Positions 38,350 to 51,699 of a stretch of 64,000 bases of DNA are shown here, piece by piece; the first letter of the stretch is position 1, and each line of letters opens with the position of its first letter. This DNA comes from Octopus bimaculoides. Its lineage: Eukaryota. The notes under the pieces are model-generated. The model saw only the letters and a program-made list of their open reading frames with translations. It was not told where the DNA came from and ran no database searches. The DNA is taken from the NCBI RefSeq assembly GCF_001194135.2, contig NC_068988.1:32193674-32257673 (forward strand), in the 5' to 3' direction. The translations under genes and the position numbers were made by a program.

Positions 38350-38690
38350 GTCCATATATTTAGATACAAGCTGACGCTCAGTAAAATGCAAATTGACTGT
38401 GCACAGAGAGAAATGCCAAATTAGTATAAATATAGTTGACCACATGCTGCTGCTGTAAATCCCGATTAAATTTGAAGATATTACGTCATATGAGGATATG
38501 TTTACTACCCGACCTTAGACATACGCATGAATCCTGTCTGATCCGCTTATAAATGCTAACCAACTATGTTGCTCAAACGGATAATGATAATACTGTACAA
38601 CAAACTGTCCTGTATACAATTCTATATCCACATGTATTTATTTGAACATAAATATGCCTGTGTGCGTGTCATTGTATGTTTAGGAATACA

Positions 38691-38691
<1 letters not shown>

Positions 38692-38760
<69 letters not shown>
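38692..38760. repeat. (CA)n microsatellite
   Basis: Direct reading. Confidence 0.95.
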
Positions 38761-38766
<6 letters not shown>

Positions 38767-39710
38767 TAAACATGTATGAGTGCAGTGTGTGCTGGCATGC
38801 ATTGCTAGAGCAATATTTTTATACTTATTGTAAGTATAAAAGATATTATAACTATGCAGATAAGTAAATAGTTTGTGCGGTTTTGGTAGTTGACTTATAC
38901 ACATTTAACCGATAAAATTGTGTATTCATTGGCCGATAAACAAACGAAATGAATTGTCTAGAATTTGAATAAAGACAATAGAAATTCTGAAGACATTTCC
39001 GTATATTCAAATTCTTTTCTACGACTTTCTCATTTTTCTTTTTTATTCCTTTTTCAATGAACGTAAATGTAATTATCCTCCCTTTGTTGCACTTTTTACT
39101 GAAGTAATTTATGCGCCAAGTTAAACTGATAATTTGTAGTTTAGCAAAGGCATGGAAGGGGAAGAAAATTAAGAGGGTGTAGTAGAGGTAAACAGATAAA
39201 AGGAAGGGTAAAGGTGAAAAGAGCAGTAGTATTAAAAGGAAAGAAATTAAAATTATTAAAACATCATTGTGTAAGCAGTATTCATTCAGTATAAAACCGG
39301 GAAGGAATATGTAGTAAACAAATGTATTTGTTGAATATGTTTAGCATACACATATAAATACATGCGTGCATGCATACACTCGTACATTTATTTATGTATA
39401 TATACATATATACATAATATATACACATATATATTAAATATAAATATANNNNNNNNNNNNNNNNNNNNNNNNNNNNNNNNNNNNNNNNNNNNNNNNNNNN
39501 NNNNNNNNNNNNNNNNNNNNNNNNNNNNNNNNNNNNNNNNNNNNNNNNNNNNNNNNNNNNNNNNNNNNNNNNNNNNNNNNNNNNNNNNNNNNNNNNNNNN
39601 NNNNNNNNNNNNNNNNNNNNNNNNNNNNNNNNNNNNNNNNNNNNNNNNNNNNNNNNNNNNNNNNNNNNNNNNNNNNNNNNNNNNNNNNNNNNNNNNNNNN
39701 NNNNNNNNNN

Positions 39711-39742
<32 letters not shown>

Positions 39743-40439
39743 ACAACAAAAAAATGAAAAATAACAAGCAGTAAAAGTGCAAGAGAACGTGATTAAGATA
39801 CAAGCGCTGACGAAATAAACGTTGAATGGAGGGGAGTGGAGAAAGAAGCCGAGCATATCTTAAGAATATAGTTCTATAGAAGGGAGGACATTTTAATATA
39901 AAAGGTTAAACGTAAAGTTCCTGACCAATTAATCTTGTTGGAGGGAACCCACACATACACACACGCATATATATTTATGTATGTATGCGTGTGTGTACCT
40001 ATGTATTTATGTATATGAATTTATGTACGTATATACATGGATGTTTATGTCCATTCATATATAATCTCACACATACTCATACACTTACAAACAGAAACAC
40101 ATGTGTATGCCTTTCTTTTTTTTTGCATAAGCCGTGGGCTTTCTGAATATAAATGAACTTATGTATGAGGGGCATTTAATTAAGCTACGCAATCCAAGAT
40201 TAAGCAACTCCTTTGGGCAAAACTATATATACAAATTTAATAATGAATTTTGCCAGTAACAGAAAAACAAAATGAATATTGTAATGGGAAAATATCTAGA
40301 ATAAAGTTTTTAACAACTTGCCAGTGAAAGGTTAAGATTATTGCAGTGAAAACTGATTAGTTATGTGAAGCTTGTGAATGTTGTTCACTTGTGGGTGATA
40401 TTTGCGTATAATATTATATAGCATATAAATGATTGCAAT

Positions 40440-41250
40440 GTAGCATCAATTTAAGTGTCCCCCAAAGCATCACATTTGTTCTATTACTATTCTTCAATAG
40501 ACCACTAATTTTTGCCCATTTTAATAGCCCTACACTGTATATCTCTGTGGGTTTTGCATATGTTCATTATTTGCTTTAGATGTGTTATTTTGTTCTCCTA
40601 ACCTTATTGCATTTTGTGTACATGTTAGTGTGCTTGTGCAGTGCCTCTTGGTGCCAATTTCTATAAATAATCTTAAAACTTGGATTTTGTTATATCCATT
40701 TTCTCCATTTGGTTCTTAATCATTATTATCGCATCTATGGTTACAGGAGTTTAAATCAGCACATTCAAGTCATATTTAGATACTTATATCATGAAAATGC
40801 CTTCACTTCTCTGGAAAATATATACTCTACTGTTGGGGATTATATCATGAAGCATTTACATTCCAGGCGGTCTGTCAGTGCGATCCTGACTGTGTACTCA
40901 TGCACATCCTAGACATGAACTACCTCACTTTAATTTGATATAATTACAGGTGTATTTTTATGTGGCATCTGTTCTATTTTCACTGCGTAATACAAGAATC
41001 CTGAAAGCTTTAAGTTTATCATATCTGTAAATATGTTTCACTCCTTTATTTTTTATGCATTTGTATGTGAGGTGGGCACCAACCTTTTGTAAATGATTAT
41101 TTCTTGCCTGACTCTTTATTTTTGAAGACACATATTATATTCTGTTTCATATCCTGCTTATGATTTATGGTGCAAAAGCTTTGATAGTGTGCCTTAAATA
41201 ATCCTTCAGGTTTGAAGCTGAACTTCGCAGTCATTGATGAGCATTATTTT
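40440..41250 (-). mobile_element. Possible very old RLE-type LINE 3' remnant
   Basis: Only faint minus-strand traces (RMC..EY before an H/C-containing stretch) with many stops. Confidence 0.3.
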
Positions 41251-44200
41251 AAAGAAACTAAACACAATGCAAAATATATCTCACCAATAACAGGGAATCT
41301 TTTTACAGGTCATGAAAAATATATAATCTAGAAAAAATATAATTTCTAGGAACTTCAATAAAACTTCCCGTTTGATTATTATTAAAAGTTGGGTGAATGT
41401 GGCGCGAAAGTCCCGAGTGAACGGGCTTATCTAAACATACAGCTCTAGATGAAGGGCAGAAAAGGAGGTGAGGGCATTTGCCCTAAAGGTCAAGGCGACC
41501 GTGGTGTTTGTAGGGTTTGCATGAACTGCTACTGGAAGTCTCCCCTTTTTGGGGATTTTACGTGTAAATAATTTTACTGTTTTACTTTTGTTTAGACGTT
41601 TCAAATCTCATTCGCTTTCTAATGTCCTGTACTGTCTCCAATACTTTATGTGCCTTCACATTCTACATAATATATAGCATAGAAACAAGATAGTGTGCCA
41701 TATATGCAATGCAATAAGCGGGAAAACTTCGATTATATCAGAATATTATGCAATTAAAAGGGAAACAACCCTGGTTCGTTGTTTTTTCTTTAATTCTTTG
41801 ATATATTTCAGCCGTGAGGCCATGGCCATGCTGGGGCGTAAAATCTAATAAATAAATATTCAAAATATCAACTCATTCAAATGGATGATATTTTCTCTAA
41901 TGCTGCACTGCTATCCAATGACAGTTGTGCATTGGATGATTTTTGATATGTAATGGAATTGTACAGGAACAACAATGTGTTTTTTGATTAATGAATATTT
42001 TTAATGAATACAAATATTGACATTAAAATAGTTGTATCAGACTTATGAATATCGTTGACTGATCAACACAGCCACAGACAAATTATGATAAATGAATTAT
42101 AGAACGAATATATAATGCATACATACAGTACGTACAAACACACGCGCGGACACAGACACACTTGTGTGTGTGTGCATATATATGTGTGTGCGTGTGTGTG
42201 TGGTCATTTTATTATTTTTTCTTTTGCCATGTATATACACGCATTCTATATATATTTTTTCCTGTATTTTCTTCACTCATTTATGAATGTTATTTTATTA
42301 TTTTTAGTATTTTGACGCCTGTCTATTGTCTGCAAATCATTCGTCACACATCCGTCATCTTTTCAGCCACACCTTTCTTTTCCTTGTATGTTATTGCCCC
42401 ACTCTATTCTATTCTTCTAACACGAGTATTTTTATGTGCGCATGCGTTTGTTCCTTGTTTGTGTATACTTGTGTGTGTGTGTCATAGTTTATAGAAGCAG
42501 TGTGGCGTTCCCCTAGCCCCAGACTCTCACCCCATTGAGCTGCTGCTGTCCTAAAACCTGAGAAAAAAGGGAAGGTGCAGTTCCTGTATACCTCTGTGTA
42601 TGTGTGTTCGTCCACAGTGTTGCCATCGTGGTTGTTGTTGTTATTGCTATCGTCGGCACTGCTTCGGCTGCTGACCGTGATAGGTGTGTTGTTGCCAGTG
42701 TGTGTTTGTGGGTCTGTGTCCGTAATGGTCAAATACATGACCGAAGTGAGTGATTTTGGCGAATCTATTTGTGTGGTTTGCAAGATTTCGTAATTTAATG
42801 AGGGCAATTTTTTCTCGCAGCGGAAACAAGGAAATGACATAGGTCCATTGGAAGAAGGTTACGGGGCTTCAGTTCAGGGAATCGATACATGTTTCAGAGA
42901 GAGGTGCCTAGATTGCAAATGGATGACGCATGATATACAAAAGAATGAAGCGCAAGAACAAGTGTCTTGGACAGGAAGTAGCAGCATGTTAGAAATAGTT
43001 CTGTAATATACAGAAGAAATATACTGGGAACCAAACTGTACTGCTGGATGACTCAGTTTTGATGGCGTTAGAGTCTAATGGAAAATTAACAATCGAAGAG
43101 ATGACGGATTGCGCCCAGGGACATGAAATTTAAAAAAGAAATTTGTTGACATTGCATGGTTGAAATTTTGTGGGATGACGAGAGCGATATCACTGCGTTT
43201 AGTAGATTTCTTCAATGTTATATAATTTTGTAGTTATATAATTTTGGAGAGTCAAGTATCAGTGCAGCTGGTTTGCGGTAACCATTCAAGTAACAGTGAA
43301 CAATAGGGAATGGATTCATAGAGAATGAGGGAGAGTGGGAAAGATGGAGAAGAGAGAAAAACGAGAGGGAGAGAGAGAGAGAAAGGATGCGCTTATCTGT
43401 GTGTCAGTGTGTGTGTGTGTTAGTGTATATTTCTAATGGCTGTTTCCATCATCGTAGACATTTAAAAATGAAATTGGATAACATGATCGTGAGCAAAGTC
43501 AAGTAGGGTTCACTTTCTGTATGGGAAGCATTGTGCATTTTCTCAAATATCATTCTGAAAAAGGAGATATTGAGACTTTCTTGGGTTTTGGCACTCCCTC
43601 GCAAGAGGAGGAATTTTAAGCAGTGGAAGTGACACAATCACGATCATTGGCATTGTTAAACTGAGGGGGTACTTGTGGACTTGCTACATGTATATGAACG
43701 ACAATCACCCTGGACGAGGGAGACAATCTTGGAAAGGATTTGTTCTGTGAGAGTAATGTGGATTTTGCTACAATTGACGATCAAAAATTATCTTAACAAT
43801 AAAGGCAATTTTTTGTGGAGGAAATGATGATTCTAGGTTGATAGATATACACTTGGGTAGAATCCCAAATTATCGACTGTAGATTCAATGAGAGAAGCTT
43901 TCGGGGTTTAAATAACGGAAGTATATACTTAACCATTCTTAGGTTATATGCATATATTTAACTATGTTTATACAGGAATACACATAAGCACACACGGGCA
44001 CACATACCAACACACATACATACACACGCATATACATATACACATATAAAACACACGCGCACGTACACACAGACACACACATACACCTATATACTTCATA
44101 CAACTGAGGAGAGAAGGAATATGATATAGACAAAGAGACACTTGACTGGAATGCGAATACTGTGTGACTTCTAAATACGAGTCCATTTTATCGTGTTCTG

Positions 44201-45184
44201 TTTTATATTAATTTGGATGAAGTGTATGTACGTCGAATATTCTTGGTGAACATCAGAAATATTTTGGAAATTTGCCTAGCAATTTCCTTTAACGATGGGA
44301 AACCTGACTATAGGGGGTTGCAATTTTAGTTTCGCGGAAAAAAACTTTGGCAGGTCTAATAAATCCGATAATAAAACAGATCGCTATCGTTCTCTGTGGC
44401 TTATAATATTCAGTCTACCATTACATATGTATGCAATAATCTTTCAAAACCGAACTTTACATACTAACCATAAAAATGTTGATTCCCACAATGAAGTTGA
44501 GAGAAGTTTGTTGTGTTATGGAGTTCTTTCAATTATAAGTCTATGAGTCGGGGTGACTTGTATGTTAGGTACAAGGTTGTAGGAAAGCTTGAAGGCTTAC
44601 TTTTGTAAATATTGCAGTTATCTGTATGAAACATCACGAAATTACAAAAGCGTGATTTCTATGATATTGTGTATTTTAGTAGATTTATAGGCTTTTACGA
44701 AATGACAAACAAGTTGCTGATAAACCTCAATCTGTAATAATTTACTGCATTTCCAACAGACAATTACATTAACATTAAGGGAATGGATCATCTATATTGT
44801 CATATCTCAATATAGAGTACCTAATCCTCTTACAATAATAGAAGATATATGCATGATCAATACTAATATCCCTTTTAGACTAACAAAAACATATTAAACA
44901 GCAATGATAGTCAGATGGTGTTGGATGAATCATAATTCTTTATATCCAACGCGCAATAAAGTTTGTATAGATAATATTTCAATGTGTATAGTATTCTCCT
45001 ACGTGCCAAATATCCTATAAAAGTAACAGTATGAAATGCTATAAATTTCTCTACTGAAATCACGCGATTGCATTCACATTAATAACATACGTGCACATTC
45101 TTTTCAATAGCTGACATATGCATTAACACAGAGAGTCCCTTGGCGTGAATACATGTAAATTCTATATACATACATGCATACATA

Positions 45185-45236
<52 letters not shown>

Positions 45237-45616
45237 CATATGTGCGTATATGTGTGTGTGACACAAATTATATTATACTTCCTTTATATAGTTGATTAAT
45301 CTTGTTTATTTGTCATTCTAGGAACATTTGAGGGAACTTGGTGTTTTGTAGATTGGAAGGTATAATTGACAAAATGAAGAAGAATTATAAATATTTAAGA
45401 GAAACAAATTAACTGTATGCTATTGATTACTCATAATCCCAAAAGTCTATCATCAAGCTTTAGAACACATCAGTCATCAAGTTGATACAGAATTACAAAC
45501 AAACGCCCATGTACACTTTGATGCGCATATACTGCGACAGGCAAATAGGCGCACTCATTCACTACATTATATGCATCTGTTGATAGATGTGTGGATATAT
45601 GTATATGAATATAAGC

Positions 45617-45665
<49 letters not shown>

Positions 45666-46237
45666 CAATCACATATGTATATGCCTGTGTGCGTAAATAT
45701 ACATGTATCTATCTATATATACACACATATAAATACATAGTATATATATATACATATATACNNNNNNNNNNNNNNNNNNNNNNNNNNNNNNNNNNNNNNN
45801 NNNNNNNNNNNNNNNNNNNNNNNNNNNNNNNNNNNNNNNNNNNNNNNNNNNNNNNNNNNNNNNNNNNNNNNNNNNNNNNNNNNNNNNNNNNNNNNNNNNN
45901 NNNNNNTATATATGTATATGTATATGTATGTATGTATACATAAACCATAAAAAGTCAACAGAAATGAAAAGTGCATATGTTTATTTAACCACTTGTGATT
46001 CTTAGCATTACGGCCATTTGAAACCTTTCAAGATGAAAAAAGAATTTCAGTGCCTGCAGTAGTTTACATACCTGTACTAATATGCATGGCACGCGTAGCT
46101 CATCAGATCACCAGAACATTATGATTACAACAATGCTTCAAATTTGTGAGAGTCACATGACTGTATGAACCCATATATTACATTGCACACGTACTCAAAC
46201 ACACACACGTACACACACATACATACATATGTATAAG

Positions 46238-46324
<87 letters not shown>

Positions 46325-47758
46325 CTGTGTGTGTGTGTGTGTGTGTTAATGTGTGCATATATATGCTTACGTGTATATTATATATCTGTATCTATTTTTC
46401 CATCTCTGTCTATGTTTGTCTGTCTGTCTCTTTCTTTTTTTCTCGCTCGCTGTCTCTCTCAATCACTTACTCTCTCTCTCTTTCACTGTGACACTATTCT
46501 ATGTAAATGTTCCGTATATGTACTAGGAAACGTTTGTTTACATTGGGGCTGCCTCAAGTACATTTGAATATGAACTATACGTGCAGGTTTAGGGATAGAA
46601 ATGAAACTACTTTCATATCTATCGCTACTTTTCGTTGGATATTTACCAGACACAATCGTACAATGTTGGTAACGGTGTCCCTATGTTGCACATATCGGAA
46701 GCAAATCGAACATTATCAACCAAAGAATTGAAGTAATAATAAATTAACCGCATATTGTACCACATGTCATTCCAGCAGAAAACTAAAAATTATTGCAGTA
46801 GCTTCATCTAAATACTTGATTAACATTTCTACGACTGAAAAACGTATAAGTATATGTTTCCTCATTGGATACTATAATGTCTGAATTTTTCCTAGATTTC
46901 TAATCTTTCTACCTTAATTTACCCTAATTAGTTTATCACATGCGAGGCCGATTTAATTAATTCGCTCAGAAGTTTAGCCTTACACTTATGCAATAATTAT
47001 GTATATGTTTTTTGATTGAGGAATATCTTTAATCTTTAATACGAAAACTACTTAACAAAAAATTTTTGAAATTAGATAATATAATATCCATTTTGTACCG
47101 TATAGCTTTACTGTTATTTACCCACTAATATATAATCAAGTTTCTTCTAAATGTAGCTCCTTGAATTAATCCACGGTTCTGTATCCTGTACTTCGTTTGA
47201 CCTTATTTTAGCTTATTTTATTTTATCTTACATTATTTAGTTAATTATTATATATCTGTTTATTTCTCTGTATAATTTTAGCGCATCATTTCCATGAACA
47301 ACTTACGTAATCGTAAGCAAAGTGCAAATAATTTAAATCATATAATCCTTAGTGCTGTAGCTTAACTGACAATGATTCGGTTTATATGGGTGACTACTAT
47401 CTCAACGTATGCTTTTCGTGTGTAATATGCTCTAAGCAAGAGAACAATTTAATATATTAATAATCAGTCTTGGTTAATTAAGTATTAATATTCTACAAAT
47501 TATATCTGTATTTCGAATTCGGTGTTTTTTGCTGTATCATGCGTGTGCCTATGTATGCATGACCCATACGTGTGGGTGCATGTTTGTTTGTGTCTATATG
47601 TGTACGTATATGTGTGCTCGGGAAACTAGTTATGCGTAAATGTATACTTAATACTTACATATTAATGAATATATGCATATATTACAATGGAAAATGCAAG
47701 TGCATGCATGTTCATATTCTTAAGTTATTACACCTGCAAAAGTACAGAACAAGATTTC

Positions 47759-47822
47759 TACAGTAGAATTTCATCACCTCTAAAGGAAACTAAAACGTAC
47801 TTAAAATTAAAATTCTACTGTA
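47759..47822. mobile_element. 60-bp MITE-like palindrome flanked by TA (unit 1)
   Basis: TA-CAGTAGAATTT...AAATTCTACTG-TA. Confidence 0.7.
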
Positions 47823-48106
47823 CTTAAAATCCTGCAGCCGAGAATAACATTTTTAAAATTAATCATATTTTATTATAACAAAAATTATATAAAAAACATT
47901 ATTGGGTTTTCCAAAAATAGGTCAATCCGATTTTAAGTCTATAGGCTTATAGTCAGAAACATTTTACTTCTATAGCCCCAGTAATTTTTAGTATCTTCAC
48001 AAAAAGAAATTATTTAAGCAAAATCATTTACTAAAGCCGATGGGATTACTTTTGGAAGACAACAGTCTTTTAAAAATGAAATGAAATAAAATTAATTTTT
48101 AAAACA

Positions 48107-48211
48107 TACAGTAGAATTTGCTTAATTAGTCATTCCTAGGAGAAAATTTAAAGTGACAATTTAGGTGAAGTAATGAATTTGCCAATGACGAATTAAGCTG
48201 ATTCTACTGTA
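48107..48211. mobile_element. 101-bp MITE-like element with 26-bp TIRs flanked by TA (unit 2)
   Basis: Left CAGTAGAATTTGCTTAATTAGTCATT versus right reverse complement CAGTAGAATCAGCTTAATTCGTCATT (23/26 match). Confidence 0.75.
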
Positions 48212-48640
48212 AATTTTACTTGTGATTTATTTGTCTGATTAATTTTATTTTTTAATGTGAAAGAATTGACTGAGCATATGGTTGATTTGAAATTATTTAA
48301 TGACCAGTCTACTGCAATCAATGTTTTTTTTTTTCCTTTTGTAATATGATTTCAATTTAAGTGGGGAAAAATCTAGTGCAATATTATTTATAACTTCATA
48401 TTTTATTGCTTGTACTTGATACGACTAAATAAAATGACTATTTTTATTGTATATTTCAAACGACATGATTAAAAAAGTATTGTTTAAATTTACTTTTGAT
48501 TAATTTTTGAACCATGTTTTTAAAGTTTTACTCCTTTTTTTTTTTAGATTCTCTTAATAAATAAAATAAACTATTTCAATTTTACCTAATATATTCTATT
48601 TTAATTTTGAAAAGGTTATTGTTGGCTGCAATATTATAAG

Positions 48641-48712
48641 TACAGTAAAATTCTAATTTCAAGGACTTTTTAGTTTCCTTTAGAGGTGACAAATTAGGCA
48701 AATTCTAATGTA
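48641..48712. mobile_element. 68-bp MITE-like element flanked by TA (unit 3), an inverted copy of unit 1
   Basis: Its reverse complement shares TCACCTCTAAAGGAAACTAAAA exactly with unit 1. Ends CAGTAAAATT...AATTCTAATG. Confidence 0.7.
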
Positions 48713-49333
48713 GATATCGTGTTCAGTAGTTTTCCAGGTGTAATAAGTTAAAAGTATTAACATGCATACTCTGTATTTTTCATTGTAATCTACAGTGTTT
48801 CCAGGCCAGATAATAAAACTAATAAATTTTCTTTTGTTAAAACGATATTTGAATTATTTTTCATTGTTGATGATTGAAATTTATGTTGATGACAAGAATA
48901 TTATGTTGTATTTTTTTAATTTTCACATATTTTTATTTAAATACTGAAAGTAAGAAAAAGTTATCTGGGCAACGTTTTGTTGCTTTGGCTAATATAAAAA
49001 TGATTTAAAGAATGTAAAAAAGCACGAGGAGCCACCTAGCCTTTTGCTTTTTCTGACCAGCATTATGAGAAACCGTCAGGACTGCCCATTGAAAGACAAA
49101 AACAATAACAATATTCTGTCATTAAATTTTGACGAATAATTTCTTATATATGCTAAAATTCCATATTATAATCCAATTTTCATAAGGCAATTTTAAACTC
49201 AACTCTCTATAAATAAAATATAATCCACTTTCTATAAACCGATTTCAAGCTCATCTACAAAAAATTGCAAAAACATTATCAAAAAATTTACTTTTAAAAA
49301 TGTTTTTTAAAGATGTTTGTTTTTAAGTTCATG

Positions 49334-49364
<31 letters not shown>

Positions 49365-50289
49365 NNNNNNNNNNNNNNNNNNNNNNNNNNNNNNNNNNNN
49401 NNNNNNNNNNNNNNNNNNNNNNNNNNNNNNNNNNNNNNNNNNNNNNNNNNNNNNNNNNNNNNNNNNNNNNNNNNNNNNNNNNNNNNNNNNNNNNNNNNNN
49501 NNNNNNNNNNNNNNNNNNNNNNNNNNNNNNNNNNNNNNNNNNNNNNNNNNNNNNNNNNNNNNNNNNNNNNNNNNNNNNNNNNNNNNNNNNNNNNNNNNNN
49601 NNNNNNNNNNNNNNNNNNNNNNNNNNNNNNNNNNNNNNNNNNNNNNNNNNNNNNNNNNNNNNNNNNNNNNNNNNNNNNNNNNNNNNNNNNNNNNNNNNNN
49701 NNNNNNNNNNNNNNNNNNNNNNNNNNNNNNNNNNNNNNNNNNNNNNNNNNNNNNNNNNNNNNNNNNNNNNNNNNNNNNNNNNNNNNNNNNNNNNNNNNNN
49801 NNNNNNNNNNNNNNNNNNNNNNNNNNNNNNNNNNNNNNNNNNNNNNNNNNNNNNNNNNNNNNNNNNNNNNNNNNNNNNNNNNNNNNNNNNNNNNNNNNNN
49901 NNNNNNNNNNNNNNNNNNNNNNNNNNNNNNNNNNNNNNNNNNNNNNNNNNNNNNNNNNNNNNNNNNNNNNNNNNNNNNNNNNNNNNNNNNNNNNNNNNNN
50001 NNNNNNNNNNNNNNNNNNNNNNNNNNNNNNNNNNNNNNNNNNNNNNNNNNNNNNNNNNNNNNNNNNNNNNNNNNNNNNNNNNNNNNNNNNNNNNNNNNNN
50101 AAGAAAGAAAGTTCGGAGATTCATTATGAAAAATATTTTCTTGTGTAATAGTGAATATTAATATAATACTAATTTTATTATAAAATCAACAAATAAAGGA
50201 GCTATATTTATATATAGTAAGTAGAGCTAGCAAGAAGAGGTATGAAAATATATCAATTATATAGTAAGGAGAGAATCTTATCATATATG

Positions 50290-50425
50290 ATAAATCGCTG
50301 ACTAAACCATTCAATTTTTTCTCCGTGTTTTTTTCTCCGTGTTTTTCTCCTTGTTTTCTCCATATTCTTTCTGTTGAAGAGCGTAGCTCGAAACGTTGTT
50401 GTTGTTTTTTTCCGTAACTTCTCCT
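50290..50425 (+). mobile_element. Penelope-type terminal repeat remnant with hammerhead-like motif (50366-50397)
   Basis: TCTTT-CTGTTGA-A-GAG-CGTAG-CTC-GAAA-CG-TT. Same family as 9490-9655, with the downstream part deleted. Confidence 0.6.
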
Positions 50426-50729
50426 ATATATATATGCATGTATGTATGTGCGTGTATATGTCAGTATTTGTTTACGATGGACAGTAGAAAATATCACACT
50501 TGTTATCATTTGTTGTTAAATTACCCCCCTCACTTTAATGCTACGTATGCGTCAGACTCACCTTCATGGGAGTTTTAAAATTTACTTATGTGTATATGCA
50601 TGTGTGCATGCGTGTGTGTGTTGATAGATTATCCGCGTGTGTGTGCTGATTTTTAAACGCACGTGTGTGTACGTGTGTGTGTATGTCTGTATGTATGTAT
50701 TTACGAAAGTGTGTATGCAGCGTCGCGTG

Positions 50730-50990
50730 TATATCCCTGAAGTCGTTTTCGGGCGTTATTCATCCCCTTTTAACTCCACACATTTGAAATCTTAACTTTT
50801 TTTCTACTGAGCTAAATTTCAAATTTTCAAGCTGAAAATATAGGTTAGGAGGTACACCGATCTAAAAATGTATATGCATCATCAAATTTGGAAAAACAAA
50901 ACTGAATGAGTAAAATAATAGTGGTCGTGAGTGAGTAAACGTTGACTTTTTGAAAATTATTCACATTCGGCCGTGTGTGAATGATGTTTA
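50730..50990 (+). repeat. Isolated terminal subunit of the repeat at 51700-52619
   Basis: gaagtcgttttcgggcgttattc...ctactgagctaaatttcaaatttt...catcatcaaatttgg...tgtgtgaat matches 51938-52100 and 52378-52619. Confidence 0.75.
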
Positions 50991-51026
50991 TTACAAGATT
51001 TTTATTACAATGATGTTTATTACAAA

Positions 51027-51230
51027 GCGGCGAGCTGGTAGAAATTTTAGCACGCCTTGCGAAATACTTAGTGACCTTTACGTTCTGAGTTCAACTTCCC
51101 CCGAGGTCGAGTTTACCTTTCATCCTGTCGGGGTCGATAAATTAAGTACCAGTTGCGTACTGGATTCAATCTAATTGACTGACCTCACCCCACAGTATTC
51201 GGGCCCTGTGCCTAGAGTAAAACATAATAT
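51027..51230 (+). mobile_element. tRNA-derived SINE, near full length
   Basis: gcggcgagctggtagaaattttagcacg (A-box-like) ... gagttcaacttcc (B-box-like) ... tttcatcctgtcggggtcgataaattaagtaccagttg. Confidence 0.85.
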
Positions 51231-51231
51231 T

Positions 51232-51443
51232 GGTTTCCAATTTTTGCAAAAGGGCATCAAATCAGGAGGAGAGGGAAGTTGATTACATCGATCTCGGTGC
51301 TCAGGTGACACTCATTTTATTGAGTACCGAAAAATAAAAGGCAGAGAGGACATTGGTTGAATTTGAACTCTGAAAATAGTGGCAGAAGAAATGCCGCAAA
51401 GTTTTTAACCTGCGTGTTAACGGCTCTGCCAGCTCGTCATCTT
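51232..51443 (-). mobile_element. tRNA-derived SINE of the same family, tail-to-tail with the previous copy
   Basis: gttgattacatcgatctcggtgctcag...aatttgaactctgaa...gttaacggctctgccagctcgtc is the reverse complement of the family pattern. Confidence 0.8.
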
Positions 51444-51699
51444 AGCAGAAAAATGAGAAATAATATAACTTGAAAATTGTTTTGGATCATTTAGTCTATT
51501 TATTTTCACTTTGAATATTTTATTATAAGACTAGCACCACGACACTCTTCTTGATTAAGTCTATCTTATGAGTTAAACAAATTTTACAGAAAATCACAAT
51601 GTTTAGGTTTTCAATTTCCCTTTAAGCGTTACCACTGTTTTCGGCATATTTGGCCGCAGTAGGTTATTATTTTAATTTTTTTACATAATTAACATGACG

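Noticed and set aside
40164-40184. Mariner-like TIR remnant (tatgaggggcatttaattaag)
   Set aside because: No partner TIR or transposase sequence was found.
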